Of a stretch of 63,769 nt of DNA, positions 1-13,469 are shown piece by piece. A program made the translations under genes and the position numbers. The notes under the pieces are model-generated. The model was not told where the DNA came from and made no database searches. It saw nothing but the letters and a program-made list of their open reading frames with translations. Positions within the stretch are counted from its first letter, which is position 1. Each line of letters opens with the position of its first letter. The stretch spans positions 110,043,921-110,107,689 of the forward strand of contig NC_068987.1 in the NCBI RefSeq assembly GCF_001194135.2, written 5' to 3'. The DNA comes from Octopus bimaculoides. Taxonomy: Eukaryota.

Positions 1-47
<47 letters not shown>

Positions 48-375
48 AAATCAGATAAATATGGTTGTGTGCAAATGCACACACATGTATGTGTGTATAT
101 ATATTTTTCGTGGAATTTCCACGTTTATATATAGGCATGAAATTGTGTGTGGGTGTGTATATATATGCATATGTGTATATGTGTGTGCAGGCTTGTGTTA
201 ATATACCAGTAGGAGGCATCAGTGCATCTAGATTTTCTAATAAAACATTCCAGGGGGTAGAAACAATCAAAGAATGGTTCTGAAGATTTTAAGAATCGGA
301 AATGTGTACAAAACAGACAATACTAAATGAACACTGCATATGAAAGAAGATAAAAGATTAAACTACCTTCACCTT

Positions 376-406
<31 letters not shown>

Positions 407-631
407 TAGAAGTGTAAAAGCAATTGCAGCTGTGATAAAATTACATATATATATATGTATACATACGTATAAATATACATATATATGTATACATACATAT
501 AGATATATACATACATATATATATACATACATATATATATACAGACATAAATATAGATATATAAATATATGTATACATATATATATATACATATATAAAT
601 ATGTATATATATGTACATATACACATATATT

Positions 632-678
<47 letters not shown>

Positions 679-682
679 GCAT

Positions 683-725
<43 letters not shown>

Positions 726-1255
726 TATACATCTATACAAATATATACATATACATGTATCCACACACACACCACACGCNNNNNNNNNNNNNNNNNNNNN
801 NNNNNNNNNNNNNNNNNNNNNNNNNNNNNNNNNNNNNNNNNNNNNNNNNNNNNNNNNNNNNNNNNNNNNNNNNNNNNNNNNNNNNNNNNNNNNNNNNNNN
901 NNNNNNNNNNNNNNNNNNNNNNNNNNNNNNNNNNNNNNNNNNNNNNNNNNNNNNNNNNNNNNNNNNNNNNNNNNNNNNNNNNNNNNNNNNNNNNNNNNNN
1001 NNNNNNNNNNNNNNNNNNNNNNNNNNNNNNNNNNNNNNNNNNNNNNNNNNNNNNNNNNNNNNNNNNNNNNNNNNNNNNNNNNNNNNNNNNNNNNNNNNNN
1101 NNNNNNNNNNNNNNNNNNNNNNNNNNNNNNNNNNNNNNNNNNNNNNNNNNNNNNNNNNNNNNNNNNNNNNNNNNNNNNNNNNNNNNNNNNNNNNNNNNNN
1201 NNNNNNNNNNNNNNNNNNNNNNNNNNNNNNNNNNNNNNNNNNNNNNNNNNNNNNN

Positions 1256-1301
<46 letters not shown>

Positions 1302-1313
1302 ATGGCTAGATGT

Positions 1314-1475
1314 AGGCATGGCTGCGTGGTCGCAAAGTTCTCTGTCCAACCATGTGATTTTGGGTTCACCTCCACAGTGCAGCACCTGAGGCAAGTGTTT
1401 TTTACTACTACAGCAGCCCTGGGCCAATCAAAGCCCTGTGAGAAGATTTCCTAAACAGAAGCTGAAAGGCGTACT
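1314..1475 (+). mobile_element. SINE family A, 5' half (tRNA-derived head), diverged
   Basis: AGGCATGGCTGCGTGG A-box-like and GGGTTCACCTCC B-box-like motifs, then CCTGAGGCAAGTG; homologous to about 25 other copies in the window. Confidence 0.7.
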
Positions 1476-1519
1476 GTGCTCCATATGGTCAGAGTTAAAT
1501 ATTATGTAATAAACACAAT

Positions 1520-1985
1520 ATCGTAGTTGTGGCCGATGCCAGTGTTGTTTAACTGACCTGTTAAAAGCACCCTTCGATCATTGGGCAATTTGCTGGGCTT
1601 GTGAAGGTCTGCTGTGGCCGATGCCAGGGCTGTCTGACTGGCACCCATGCTGGTGGCATGTAAAAAGCACCATTGCAGTGTTGGGCCTTATGGAGGCAGT
1701 GATAAGTGACCAAAACCCTTGGCGATATGCCAAGCTTGTGTTGACCTGTGAAACCAAGTGAGACCGTAGCCATGACCGATGCTTGTGTCAGGTCAATGGC
1801 ACTTGTGCCAGTGACACATAAAAAGCACCCACCACCCTCTCGGAGTGGTTGGCGTTAGGAAGGGCAACCAGCTGTAGAAACCTTGCCAAATCAGACTGTA
1901 GCCCCCACCCCCGGCTTATCAGTTTTCAGTCAAACTGTCCAACCCATGCCAGCATAGAAAGCGGACATTAAAATTAATGATGATG
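1520..1985 (+). mobile_element. RTE-type LINE 3' end (C-terminal codons plus 3'UTR)
   Basis: 1681-1761 reads LGLMEAVISDQNPWRYAKLVLTCETK*, homologous to the longer copy at 51851-51997; followed by GGAAGGGCA box, CCCATGCCAGCATAG and a (GAT)n tail. Confidence 0.7.
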
Positions 1986-2009
1986 TGTATATATCATCAA
2001 ATATTCGTT

Positions 2010-2225
2010 TTAAATTGTGATACAAAGCCAGTATGTTCGGGCGGTGGGGGCTAAATCAATTACGTCAACCCCAGTGCGCAACTGGTACCTACTTTTACCG
2101 ATCCTGAAAGGAAGAAAGGCAAAGTTGACCTTGGCAGAATTCAAACTCAGAGCATAAAAAGCTAGCAGAAATGCTGCTAAGCATTTTTCCCAGCATGCAA
2201 ATGATTCTTCCAGCTCACTGCCTTA
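2010..2225 (-). mobile_element. SINE family B (tRNA-headed; central domain resembles Nin/Deu type)
   Basis: Homologous to 53792-54002; minus strand carries GAGTTTGAATTC B-box-like motif and CTTTCTTCCTTTCAGGATCGGTAAAAG central block. Confidence 0.75.
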
Positions 2226-2714
2226 AACATCAGTTTAATATCAGGGATCGTTCTTAAATTTGAATCTCCTTAAGAGGAACCATTTTGTTGCTTTATTAAC
2301 ATACACAAAAGGAAGCAGTCAGTCAGCCAGTCGCTCGGCCTTGATTTGCGTTGCATTCTCGAGTGTCTGTTCATGCTACACCATTAACCACTTGTAAAGC
2401 AATTTTATAATTTCTTAATTACACTACAGTAATTTAAAAACAAAAATTCCGTTTTCTTTTTGTCCATCATGTTATGTTGTCATGTAAGTGTTAAGTAATG
2501 TCATTAGATAACGATCTAAGGATTATGGAGAGAAGAAGAGGAGGAAGAAAGGAAAGCATTGTTGCAGAGTCATTAAGACTTGGTGCTGTCACATTAAAAA
2601 ACCATTATGAAGCCATCTGACAAAGTAAAAGTTGCCATGTAAAATTCAAGCATGAGTAACACTTCTCAACTAACATAGATCATTATCGACAAAGCCAGGA
2701 TATTGACATCTGGA

Positions 2715-2990
2715 ATACTGTCTTAGTGCTGGTGCCACACAAAGAAAGCACTGGTGCTGGTGTTATGTAAAAAGCCTGATGGTGAGGGTGTCACTGAAAA
2801 AGTACCCAGTACACTCTGTAACATGGTTGATGTTGGGAAGGGCATCCAGTCACATGGACCATGCCAAAGCAGACCATGGGACCTGGAGCTGCTCTTGGCC
2901 TTGCCGTTTCCAGTCAAACCCTGTAACAAATGCCAGTATGGTAAACGGATGTTAAATGATGATGATGATGATGATGCTGATGATGATGAT
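2715..2990 (+). mobile_element. RTE-3'UTR-derived repeat
   Basis: GGAAGGGCATCCAG box, ATGCCAGTATGG palindrome remnant, GGATGTTAAATGATGAT tail. Confidence 0.7.
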
Positions 2991-3213
2991 GCTGATGAAC
3001 CAGACCCCTGTATATTACTGTCTTGAATGTGGGCATTTTCAAAATGCTTAAACAGCCACCAGCAAACTGTGCCCATGGGACTCTGCCTGATGAATAATCA
3101 ACTTGAATTTTTCAGTAGTATGGCCTGCTTGATGATGAGTCATATCTCATGCTGTCTACTTCTCAGAAAAGGTTGCCCCCCCCCACCTGCTCACCTGCTC
3201 AACAACTTTAATC

Positions 3214-3438
3214 TTAAGCCTTTTGTTACCATGTTTCTGTTGAAATGCTCTCTGTTTCTCTCAATTAATTTAAAATATAACAGAATTTAGTAAAATAACT
3301 TAGTTATCTTTAAACTAGTGTTAGGAACATAAATTGTGACTAAGGTTTGGTGGAAGATTTTAATTCAGAAATTTGGAAAACAAGACATTTATATAACAGA
3401 GCCAGAAGCGGTTTCAGGTGGGTTGGTATTGAAAGGGG
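3214..3438. mobile_element. piggyBac-like MITE, degenerate
   Basis: Begins TTAA-GCCTTTTGTTACC and ends GGTATTGAAAGGG (imperfect TIR, about 9/13); AT-rich interior; right TTAA not preserved. Confidence 0.45.
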
Positions 3439-3453
3439 GAGAAAAAAATACGA

Positions 3454-4281
3454 GGGTGTAAAGCCACAAGGAAAATCACCTGACATTGTAGTTAGGAGGA
3501 AATAGTCATTCTCTTTTACTTGTTTCAGTCATTTGACTGCGGCCATGCTGGAGCACTGCCTTTAGTTGAGCAAATTCACCCCAGGACTTATTCTTTGTAA
3601 GCCTAGTACTTATTCTATCGGTCTCTTTTGCCGAACCACTAAGTTACGGGGAAGTAAACACAACAGCATCAGTTGTCAAGCGATGTTGGGGAGACAAACA
3701 CAGACACAAACATATATGCACACATACATATATATATATATATATACGACAGGCTTCTTTCAGTTTCCGTCTACCAAATCCACTCACAAGGCTTTGGTCG
3801 GCCCAACGCTATAACAGAAGACACTTGCCCAAGGTGCCACGCAGTGGGACTGAAGCCAGAACCATGTGGTTGGTAAGCCAGCTACTTACCACTCAGCCAC
3901 TCCTGCACCATTGGAAACCTAAGTCTTAACACATGGCGTGTTTATCATTCTGGTTCATTGAAAGGCATCAAAAACAAAAAAAAGTCTGTTATATTAAAAG
4001 TCCAGGAGAAAAGTTTGGGTTACATAGGATTTGTTTACTGAACAGTTCGATGAATAATTTTGGCCTGCTGTCAAATGTTATTGTGAGAAGAATGGTTTCA
4101 AGCCCAAGGCACTTGAGGTCTTGGACATTGCTTCTGGCCATATTTCAAATCATGATTACCACCAGACATGTGCATCTACTAAAGTGATTTTCATTCCACC
4201 AAACACGACTTCACTGCTAGAACCGGATGGACCAGGAATGTATTTCTGATTTCAAGTTTTATTATCATGCAACAGTAGTTA
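3454..4281 (+). pseudogene. pogo/Tigger-family DDE transposase fossil, interrupted by a SINE
   Basis: Manual translation: GCKAT..ENHLTL*LGGNS (3454-3505), [SINE A], GNLSLNTWRVYHSGSLKGIKNK, SRRKVWVT*DLFTEQFDE*FWPAVKCYCEKNGFKPKALEVLDIASGH...KVIFIPPNTTSLLEP(+1)MDQECISDFKFYY. Matches the DDE_1 motifs LTLLLGGNA, KKAWVT, LLLDNAPGH, LPPNTTSLxQPMDQ. Confidence 0.85.
3511..3906 (-). mobile_element. SINE family A, full length, young
   Basis: Minus strand: GCAGGAGTGGCTGAGTGG A-box, B-box-like GGCTTCAGTCCC, CCTTGGGCAAGTG, internal (TA)n/(TG)n, tail CAGTCAAATGACTGAAACAAGTAAAAGAG. Confidence 0.9.
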
Positions 4282-4541
4282 CAGCAGTTCTCAAGGTGAG
4301 TGGTACTGTCCCCCCTGGGGGTGTGGAAAGATCCAGGGGGTGCTGAAGAAAAGTGGGGGTGAAAACAGGGTGGCTAAAAAGGGGGGGGCAAAGAATGTGA
4401 AAAAAAACCCTTTCAAATAGTGGGTTAATTAGGTTGAGTTTAACTTGTGAAATGCAGTTGTTTTGAATCTGATAATGAAAATGGTCTATGTTTTGAGGTG
4501 GTGAGTGGGGTGGGAGCACTAGGAATATGGCCAGGGTTCCA
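4282..4541. mobile_element. hAT-type MITE, partial (right end in gap)
   Basis: Starts CAGCAGTTCTCAAGG; colinear with the reverse complement of the complete MITE at 37458-37744. Confidence 0.75.
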
Positions 4542-5114
4542 NNNNNNNNNNNNNNNNNNNNNNNNNNNNNNNNNNNNNNNNNNNNNNNNNNNNNNNNNNN
4601 NNNNNNNNNNNNNNNNNNNNNNNNNNNNNNNNNNNNNNNNNNNNNNNNNNNNNNNNNNNNNNNNNNNNNNNNNNNNNNNNNNNNNNNNNNNNNNNNNNNN
4701 NNNNNNNNNNNNNNNNNNNNNNNNNNNNNNNNNNNNNNNNNNNNNNNNNNNNNNNNNNNNNNNNNNNNNNNNNNNNNNNNNNNNNNNNNNNNNNNNNNNN
4801 NNNNNNNNNNNNNNNNNNNNNNNNNNNNNNNNNNNNNNNNNNNNNNNNNNNNNNNNNNNNNNNNNNNNNNNNNNNNNNNNNNNNNNNNNNNNNNNNNNNN
4901 NNNNNNNNNNNNNNNNNNNNNNNNNNNNNNNNNNNNNNNNNNNNNNNNNNNNNNNNNNNNNNNNNNNNNNNNNNNNNNNNNNNNNNNNNNNNNNNNNNNN
5001 AAAATATACAAATATGAAATGGAGAAACCGTGGAGGCGGGGGTGGGGTTGGTGGTGATGATGTGAAGTGGGAACTAAAAACACCTTCAACAAAAGAGAAC
5101 AAATGGTGGTGGGA

Positions 5115-5151
<37 letters not shown>

Positions 5152-5329
5152 GCAAACTCTAAAAGGATTGAGTGCAATATGGGAAACCACCCCATCCCCT
5201 ACCCAACAAACAGACAGACAGACACACACTACATACATTAAGAGTTACCTCCCCCTTTCATACCATCACACCTCATCCAATTTCTGCAATAATTGGTAAC
5301 AAATAGATATCAAACATAGACAGACACTC

Positions 5330-5680
5330 ACACACACACACACACACACACACATTAATACATACAAAATACACATATAAATACATATACACACTCATTT
5401 TGACATACATACACACAACACATGCACAGACATACCAAAACTAATATACAATCAAATACACACACACACACTCATGTAGATATACATATATGTACATGTA
5501 CATAGGCTACACACACACATGCAAGTACATGCACGCACACACACACTAAAACTAACATACAATCACACTCACGCATACAAACACATGCGCACACACACAC
5601 ATACACCAAAATTAATATACAATCGCAGACATACACAAACACGCACACATCAAAACTAACATGCGATCACACACACACAC
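5330..5680. repeat. (CA)n-rich compound minisatellite with four AAAACTAAYATACAATC-like units
   Basis: Units at 5437, 5548, 5608 and 5652 separated by CA-rich spacers. Confidence 0.7.
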
Positions 5681-6040
5681 ACAAGTAGAGGGAGTCCCCC
5701 TTCCTGTGTGCTTTTCTGGCATACAAGTAAGATAAACATTATTTAATTAGAGAAAAATAATATCCCCCAACAAACACACAGCAAACTGGTGAGTATATCA
5801 ACATATACACCCACCTAAAGGTCTGTACGCTTCTGTGCTCTTTGGCAATGTTTACCAGTAGGAGGTGTGTATAGATGCTGCCATATGGGCAGTTTTTTTG
5901 AAAGGATTTATAATACTTTGTTTTTTTCCCCCCACCCTTCTGTCTATCCATCTGTGTTGCTGTCTCTTTGTCTCTCATTCACACACACACACACACACAC
6001 AAGTATATCATCATCATCATCATCATTATGGTTATAAATA

Positions 6041-6100
<60 letters not shown>

Positions 6101-6437
6101 NNNNNNNNNNNNNNNNNNNNNNNNNNNNNNNNNNNNNNNNNNNNNNNNNNNNNNNNNNNNNNNNNNNNNNNNNNNNNNNNNNNNNNNNNNNNNNNNNNNN
6201 NNNNNNNNNNNNNNNNNNNNNNNNNNNNNNNNNNNNNNNNNNNNNNNNNNNNNNNNNNNNNNNNNNNNNNNNNNNNNNNNNNNNNNNNNNNNNNNNNNNN
6301 NNNNNNNNNNNNNNNNNNNNNNNNNNNNNNNNNNNNNNNNNNNNNNNNNNNNNNNNNNNNNNNNNNNNNNNNNNNNNNNNNNNNNNNNNNNNNNNNNNNN
6401 NNNNNNNNNNNNNNNNNNNNNNNNNNNNNNNNNNNNN

Positions 6438-6482
<45 letters not shown>

Positions 6483-6509
6483 GTGTATATATTTGTGCAA
6501 ATGTGTCTT

Positions 6510-6720
6510 TGTGTGTGTGTGTTTGTCTCCCCACCGTCGCTTGACAACTGACGTTGGTGTGTTTACGTCCCTGTAACTTAGCGGTTTGACCAAAGAGACT
6601 GATAGAATTAAGTACTAGGTTTATGAAGAATGAGTCCCAGGGATGATGTCTTTCCCTAAAATTCACTTTTATGCAGTGCTCAAGCATGGCTACAGTCAAA
6701 TGACTGAAACAAGTAAAAGA
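6510..6720 (+). mobile_element. SINE family A, 3' half
   Basis: CGCTTGACAACTGACGTTGGTGTGTTTACGTCCC...CAGTCAAATGACTGAAACAAGTAAAAGA. Confidence 0.85.
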
Positions 6721-6819
6721 ATATATACATGCACACACACACACACTCATATATATATATGTGTGTATATATATATATGTGTGTGTATATATATATATGT
6801 GTGTGTGTATATATATATA

Positions 6820-6901
<82 letters not shown>

Positions 6902-7166
6902 AGCAGCCGTTTTGCACGTGTTGTTCAACAAAGTTTTTAAACAAAAGAATATAAAGGTAAGTTATTTCTTCAAACTTTCATTTCAAATTGCCAAATATAT
7001 TCAAACAATGAATATTTCAAAAGAAACCTGGCTCAGATTACAAGATGATGATTGGAAATGAATAACCCTGAGCATTGGAAACTGGAGCCTTTCAGCTATA
7101 ATGTACTAAAGAATACTCTACACTTGTATTGAGTCCTTTACTTGATCATTTCTGGTGATTCAACAG

Positions 7167-7200
<34 letters not shown>

Positions 7201-7204
<4 letters not shown>

Positions 7205-7365
7205 CTGTGTTTGTCCCCCCATCATCGCTTGACAACCGGTGTTGGAGTGTTTACATCCCTGTAACTAGCAGTTCAGAAAAAAGGAGACCGGTAGAATAGA
7301 TACTAGACNNNNNNNNNNGCTCCAGCATGGCCACAGTCAAATGACTGAAACAAGTAAAGGAATAA
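7201..7365 (+). mobile_element. SINE family A, 3' half
   Basis: Same 3' body and tail as other A copies. Confidence 0.8.
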
Positions 7366-7544
7366 AAGAAAAGAATATGGAAGACTGCAAATGTTACATA
7401 AGTACAAACGATGCGTAAATACTGGTGTATAAACACAAAATATATACACACACGATTATATACACAAGATATACACACAAGATATACAGAGAGGGTGAAT
7501 AAAAGACACACTCCAAGTATCCACACAAAAAGATATATTACATT

Positions 7545-7584
<40 letters not shown>

Positions 7585-7863
7585 CACACTAACTGTCTGT
7601 TTTCTGTTTCTCTCTTTGTTTATGCACACACATTAGCAAACATGCTACCGGACTCCATCTATGCACACCACTAGCGCCACCGCCACCACCATCATCGTCA
7701 TCATCATGGACATTGTTTACTTTACCCTACCACCTACAATTGTGTCCTGTCTTAGCTGGGACAGTTGAAGTTACAGTGTGTATAAAAAACAGCAGGTTAT
7801 ACCCCAAAACTGGGAAGTAGATGTGTAGGTATACATACATACATACATACATACATACACACA

Positions 7864-7895
<32 letters not shown>

Positions 7896-8557
7896 NNNNN
7901 NNNNNNNNNNNNNNNNNNNNNNNNNNNNNNNNNNNNNNNNNNNNNNNNNNNNNNNNNNNNNNNNNNNNNNNNNNNNNNNNNNNNNNNNNNNNNNNNNNNN
8001 NNNNNNNNNNNNNNNNNNNNNNNNNNNNNNNNNNNNNNNNNNNNNNNNNNNNNNNNNNNNNNNNNNNNNNNNNNNNNNNNNNNNNNNNNNNNNNNNNNNN
8101 NNNNNNNNNNNNNNNNNNNNNNNNNNNNNNNNNNNNNNNNNNNNNNNNNNNNNNNNNNNNNNNNNNNNNNNNNNNNNNNNNNNNNNNNNNNNNNNNNNNN
8201 NNNNNNNNNNNNNNNNNNNNNNNNNNNNNNNNNNNNNNNNNNNNNNNNNNNNNNNNNNNNNNNNNNNNNNNNNNNNNNNNNNNNNNNNNNNNNNNNNNNN
8301 NNNNNNNNNNNNNNNNNNNNNNNNNNNNNNNNNNNNNNNNNNNNNNNNNNNNNNNNNNNNNNNNNNNNNNNNNNNNNNNNNNNNNNNNNNNNNNNNNNNN
8401 NNNNNNNNNNNNNNNNNNNNNNNNNNNNNNNNNNNNNNNNNNNNNNNNNNNNNNNNNNNNNNNNNNNNNNNNNNNNNNNNNNNNNNNNNNNNNNNNNNNN
8501 NNNNNNNNNNNNNNNNNNNNNNNNNNNNNNNNNNNNNNNNNNNNNNNNNNNNNNNNN

Positions 8558-8650
8558 GGAAGAACGACAAAATTGACCTCAGAACATAAAGGGCTGGAAG
8601 AAATGCTAAGCATTTTGTCTGACGCACTGACGATTCTGCCAGCTTTCCAT
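8558..8650 (-). mobile_element. SINE family B head fragment
   Basis: GAAATGCTAAGCATTTTGTCTGACGCACTGACGATTCTGCCAGCT matches the B head. Confidence 0.65.
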
Positions 8651-8659
8651 CTTAAAACC

Positions 8660-8835
8660 AACTTGCCATCTTGAAGCCAGCTTGCCAGGCAGTACTGGCA
8701 ACGGCCACGCACAAGTGGTGTTTTTACGTGCCACCTGTACAGGTGGCCAGTCCAGCGGCACTGGCAATGACCTTGCTCGAATGTTTTTTTCATGTGCCAC
8801 TGGCACAAGTGCCAGTAAGGCGATGCTGGTAACAA
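8660..8835 (-). mobile_element. RTE-3'UTR-derived repeat fragment
   Basis: TACGTGCCACC...GGCACTGGCAATGACCTTGCTCGAATG, nearly identical to 24110-24200. Confidence 0.7.
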
Positions 8836-9171
8836 TACATATATACAGACCTTTGAGCTGGCACACCACCTCACCGACTTTAGCAAGGTTGACCGTGGGC
8901 ATGTGTGGGACTGAGGAAAATGTGTGTTTGTTTGCATGTGTGTGGAAGACATCATCACCATCATCACCATCATTTAATGTCTGTTAAGAATTATTAAGAA
9001 CTGACACACACAAACACACAGACACGCACACGCACACACACACACTCACACCTGTAAATGAGGCCAGCTCACCAAACAGGTTGCAGTGAGGCTGACTGGC
9101 AATATATACACATTTATAGTGAAATAATGATATACCAATATTTACATGATACATACTGGGGGGAAAAGGGG

Positions 9172-9230
<59 letters not shown>

Positions 9231-10454
9231 GGCAGTCAGCTGGATATGTAACAAGCACTGGCTGCTGTTGTTCATCCCAAGGTCAGCTCTGTCTGAGCTG
9301 GACAATGATCAAAGACTTTCCAGGTGTTATCAGTTCATATTTTGTCCCCTTTCTAACATATCCTTTTCTATTTAGGACGAGAGAGGTGAGGTGTGACTTC
9401 AGGGAGATTTGGCTGCTATTTCTCTCATGTCTGTATAACTCATTTGATAGTAGTGGTGGAAGTACATCCAGAGGTGGTGGTTTCTCCTAAACTAGTGGTA
9501 ATGGTGGCAGTGGTGATGCTACAGTATGGACATAGTGCCATTGATAGTGTGGTAGTGGTGGTGGTGGAGATAGTAACAGATAGGGAGGGGTGTGGATGGT
9601 TGTTGCCATGGTAACTGGTGGTAATGGCTGTGGTGGTGAAGCATATATGAAAGATTTCCAGGTGAGAAAAAAAAAATGGGAGCAGTATGAGAAGAAAGAA
9701 TTAGGTATAAAGGAAAACAGTGAAATAACAAAGAAAAAATATGAAACAAAAAATAAAAAGAAAACCCAGGTGTGATGTGAGGAAGGTGCGGGGTGTGGTA
9801 GGAGGAGAGCCGAGGAGTGTAGTTTGGTGCAGTCAATAATGAAGTGGTCATATTAGGTGTGTGTTTATATAAGGTTGATGATGTAACTTATTAAGGAAGA
9901 CGAGGTCATTATGAGGGGACAAGAGGAGAGAGAGTCAATGTATGGGGAAGGAATGGGAAGGTGTAGTGAGAGAAGTGCCAGGGGGAAGGTGTTAAATGAG
10001 GGTGGTGAGGGTGGTGCCAAATGAAGAGTAATTTAGACCAATTATTTTATCTATGATGGCTGAGAGAGAGAGAGAGAAAGAGGAAGTATAGTGGCGTACC
10101 TAGAATGTGTGCCTCCTGGGGCAGCCCTTCAGTGTGCCACACCTCCATGCCACCCTAGGCCTCCAAACCTTATATAGGTTTATACAGCAAACACAAAAGT
10201 GTTACCCCTACCCAACTAACTGCCACCCTTTGCCCCCCGCCACACACACAAGCTATGCTACTACCCCAGTTGTTTATTTATTGACCCATTTGACAAAAAA
10301 GAAAAGTTAACTTTGATGAGATTTGAATCCAAGACCGCAAAGGGCAAAAGCATTCTATGCCATGTGTTTTAAGAACTTTAGCAGTTGACCCATATCAGTC
10401 ATGAGTGACCTGTGGGAATTTCTAGATGGTTCACTTAATGAAAAATTAACCAGA

Positions 10455-10800
10455 ACCATGTTTGCTTCTCAACCACATGGTTCCAGGTTCACTTCCACTG
10501 CGTGGCACTTTGGGCATGTGTCTCTTCTAATATGGCTTTGGGATGGTCAAAGCCTTGTGAGTGGATTTGGTAGATGGAAACTGAGAGAAGCCTGTCGTAT
10601 ATGTGTGTGTCTTTGTGTCTGTGTTCGTTCTCCATGACCACTTGATAACAACCGGTGTTGGTGTGTTTATGTCCTCATAACTTACCAGTTTAGCAAAAGA
10701 GACCAATAGAATAAGTTACCCGGCTTAAAGAGAACACAAGTTCCTCAAGGCAGTGCCCTAGCATGGCCACTGTCCAATGACTGAAACAAGATAAAAGATA
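10455..10800 (+). mobile_element. SINE family A, near full length
   Basis: CAACCACATGGTTCCAGGTTCACTTCC head through CAATGACTGAAACAAGATAAAAGA tail. Confidence 0.85.
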
Positions 10801-11275
10801 CAATTTCTTTGTTTTTATGATGATGATGATGATGATGCTAAAGATCATGATGATCCATGTCTCATGCAACTGACTTCTCAAAGAAGGTTGCCCATGCCTG
10901 GCCTGTACCATTGTCATCATCATCACCATTGGTTACCATATTGTTGTTGCGAGGGTTCTTTTTAACATCTACTTTTTCATGCTTCCTTTTATTTTTTTTT
11001 CTGTTTGTTATGGCCAGTTGGTCTTCTGGTCACCGTCTTTCTTCACCTGCTTCTAAGCAATATGTAAGATTTCCCCTTGGTCCTTAATCAATAAACAACT
11101 CAATGGCTTTGAAGTTTCCACGGAAGACTGCAACTAAACGATACCATTTGTAACGAGTGGAGATTCTGGTTATGGTTGACATGCAAACATCAAGACAAAA
11201 GACACAAACACTGATCATCCTGTATTTTCTTTTGCCCAAAGCCAGGGACTTCCCGGCACCATGTTGCACATATAT

Positions 11276-11475
11276 TCTTTTATTTTTTTACTAGTTTCAG
11301 TCATTTGACTGCGGCCATGCTGGAGCACTGACTTAAAGGGTTTTTTAGTCGAAGTAATTGTCTACCCAAGGTATTTATTCTTTGTAAGCCTAGTACTAAT
11401 TTTATCTGTCTCTTTTGCTGAACTGCTAAGGCATGGGGACCTAAACACACCAACATTGGTTGTCAAGCAATGGAA
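11276..11475 (-). mobile_element. SINE family A, 3' half
   Basis: TTTCAGTCATTTGACTGCGGCCATGCTGGAGCAC on the + strand. Confidence 0.85.
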
Positions 11476-11604
11476 CACACACACACACAAAGACAGCTAC
11501 ACACAACCACACACACAAAGGCAGATACACACACACAAAACACACACAAAGATACACACACAAATATATACATACATGTATATGTATGTACATATGCATG
11601 TATG

Positions 11605-11635
<31 letters not shown>

Positions 11636-13149
11636 ATTTACGCATATATACATACATAAATACATATATATATATATATATATATATTGAAAATGTAAAG
11701 ATGAACGAAATGCAAGCTAAGCATCCAAGCATTTTCGCCCAGTGTGCTGACCGATTCCACCAGCTTGCCACCTTTATATATCGGTGTAAGCATGGCTGTG
11801 CGGGAAACAGCTTACCTCCCAACCACATAGTTCCAAATTCTTGTATTTTCTTTTACTTGAAGGCATGAACTTTTCAGCACCCCTCATATGTAAATATATA
11901 TATATACACATACACATACATATATATATATATATGAATGACTTGATTGTGAAATTCCTGTTCATCCTATGAGTGGGTCATTGCTGAGATGCACTTTAAC
12001 TTGCAATCGGGCCGCGGCAGTGAACTCCCGAAATGGCCATAGATGTGTTTTGACCTGATTTTGTGGAGCTCACTTTTACTCCTTGGACTTCAACTTATCA
12101 TGGCTTTTGAGAAACGAACTATTTCGATATATTTTTAATTGATGGGAGTAAAAAAATCATTTTAGTCGATTGATATATTTTAGTGTTTTAGTCACATGAC
12201 ATGTTTTAGTAATTCATTTTGATTACTTGTTTTCGTCAATTTGTATACACCTTTCCTCGTTAGACCTTTCTATATACTTTGTATTTTTATGTGCATATAT
12301 ATTTTTTACCTTCTGTGCTTTTGTTGATGTATTCCTTTTATATGTCGAAGGCCGTATGGAAGCATGGTGCTATATAAAGTTGTTAACCTGAATTTGATGT
12401 TTGTTCTCCAATCAATATTTTTTTGTCTCTATCCCAATTTCATTTGAGCACTTCTTTTTTGCAGTCCTATAAATCCTTTTTGTCTCCATAAAAAGAGGTA
12501 AAAATTATTTCTTGTCCTATATATATATATATATACATACATACACACACTTCATATCACCTGTACAGCAATTCTATGATCCAATAACTAGTTTAAAAAA
12601 ACTGTGTCCCCCAAGTATAAAACCTCTTAATATATCACAAGTCATAATAGTTTTGGCCATGTAAGATCACTACATACAAAGGGTCAATGGGAAAAATTCA
12701 AAAAAAAAAAAAGACAAAACCAGAAAAAAACATTTCTTTCCTTACAACCCCCCCCCCAAAAAAAAAACCCCAACAAATATAAGGTAAGAATAGTTGGTTT
12801 CTGAGGTGTCCCTCGATTCCAAATTTCATTTATAGCAACTCGCAGGAGTTTCCTTGCTGATAGGAAGAGAAAATCGCCAATCTCCTTCTTCCATTTCTCT
12901 AAGCATTAATGGATGATGCATTTCAATTCTATCAATTGATGGATGGAAGGAAAAAAAATCCCTTAAAAAAAATTAAAAAAAACAAACAAACTAGACCATC
13001 TAATTCCATTTCATCTCTTTAGTCTATCTGAAATTTTCTTGCTTTTTTTCTTTATTCTTTAAGTTTCTCACACCAGGACTGAGGAAGTTTGATTGATGGA
13101 TATGTAACACCCACCTATCTGTCTATCACCTCTGCTCTGGAGCTATGTG

Positions 13150-13310
13150 GTAACTAGGCCTGCAAGAAAAAACAGTCAAATCTTCCTCAAATCACACCCT
13201 GAAATCTTAAAGAAACCCCTAAAAAATGACAGACATTGGATAATGTAGTCTTAGATATACTATGAATGAAACCAAAATAGTCACGGTTAAAAGGTCTTTG
13301 ACAAGAGGGG
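13150..13310. repeat. Unclassified dispersed repeat (family E)
   Basis: TCAAATCACACCCT / GACATTGGATAATGTAGTC blocks recur at about 28630-28820 and 31335-31470, and inverted at about 22960-23110. Confidence 0.5.
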
Positions 13311-13469
13311 AAGCAAGATTAAAGATGACAGGGGGGTATTTTTAACAAGGAGGGGGAAAAGCAGAAGGTAGCAGCCAGAAGAAGCAGCAGAAGAGGAAAG
13401 ACAATGTTAATAACCAAAAGTCTTCCAAATCCCATATCTAAAAATAGTTGGGACACATCAGGTAAGTAT

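Noticed and set aside
3027-3150. Minus-strand FAGG(W)FKHFENAH resembling a CENP-B helix-turn-helix
   Set aside because: Needs a frameshift, is on the opposite strand to the adjacent DDE fossil, and the match is short.
5437-5668. Repeat-spacer pattern resembling a CRISPR array
   Set aside because: Spacers are (CA)n microsatellite of variable length, repeats are degenerate, the context is eukaryotic and there are no cas genes.
10860-11270. Minus-strand frame with two stops; possible mariner end and hAT-like CAGGCATGGGCAAC start
   Set aside because: No paired TIR or recognisable transposase motif.
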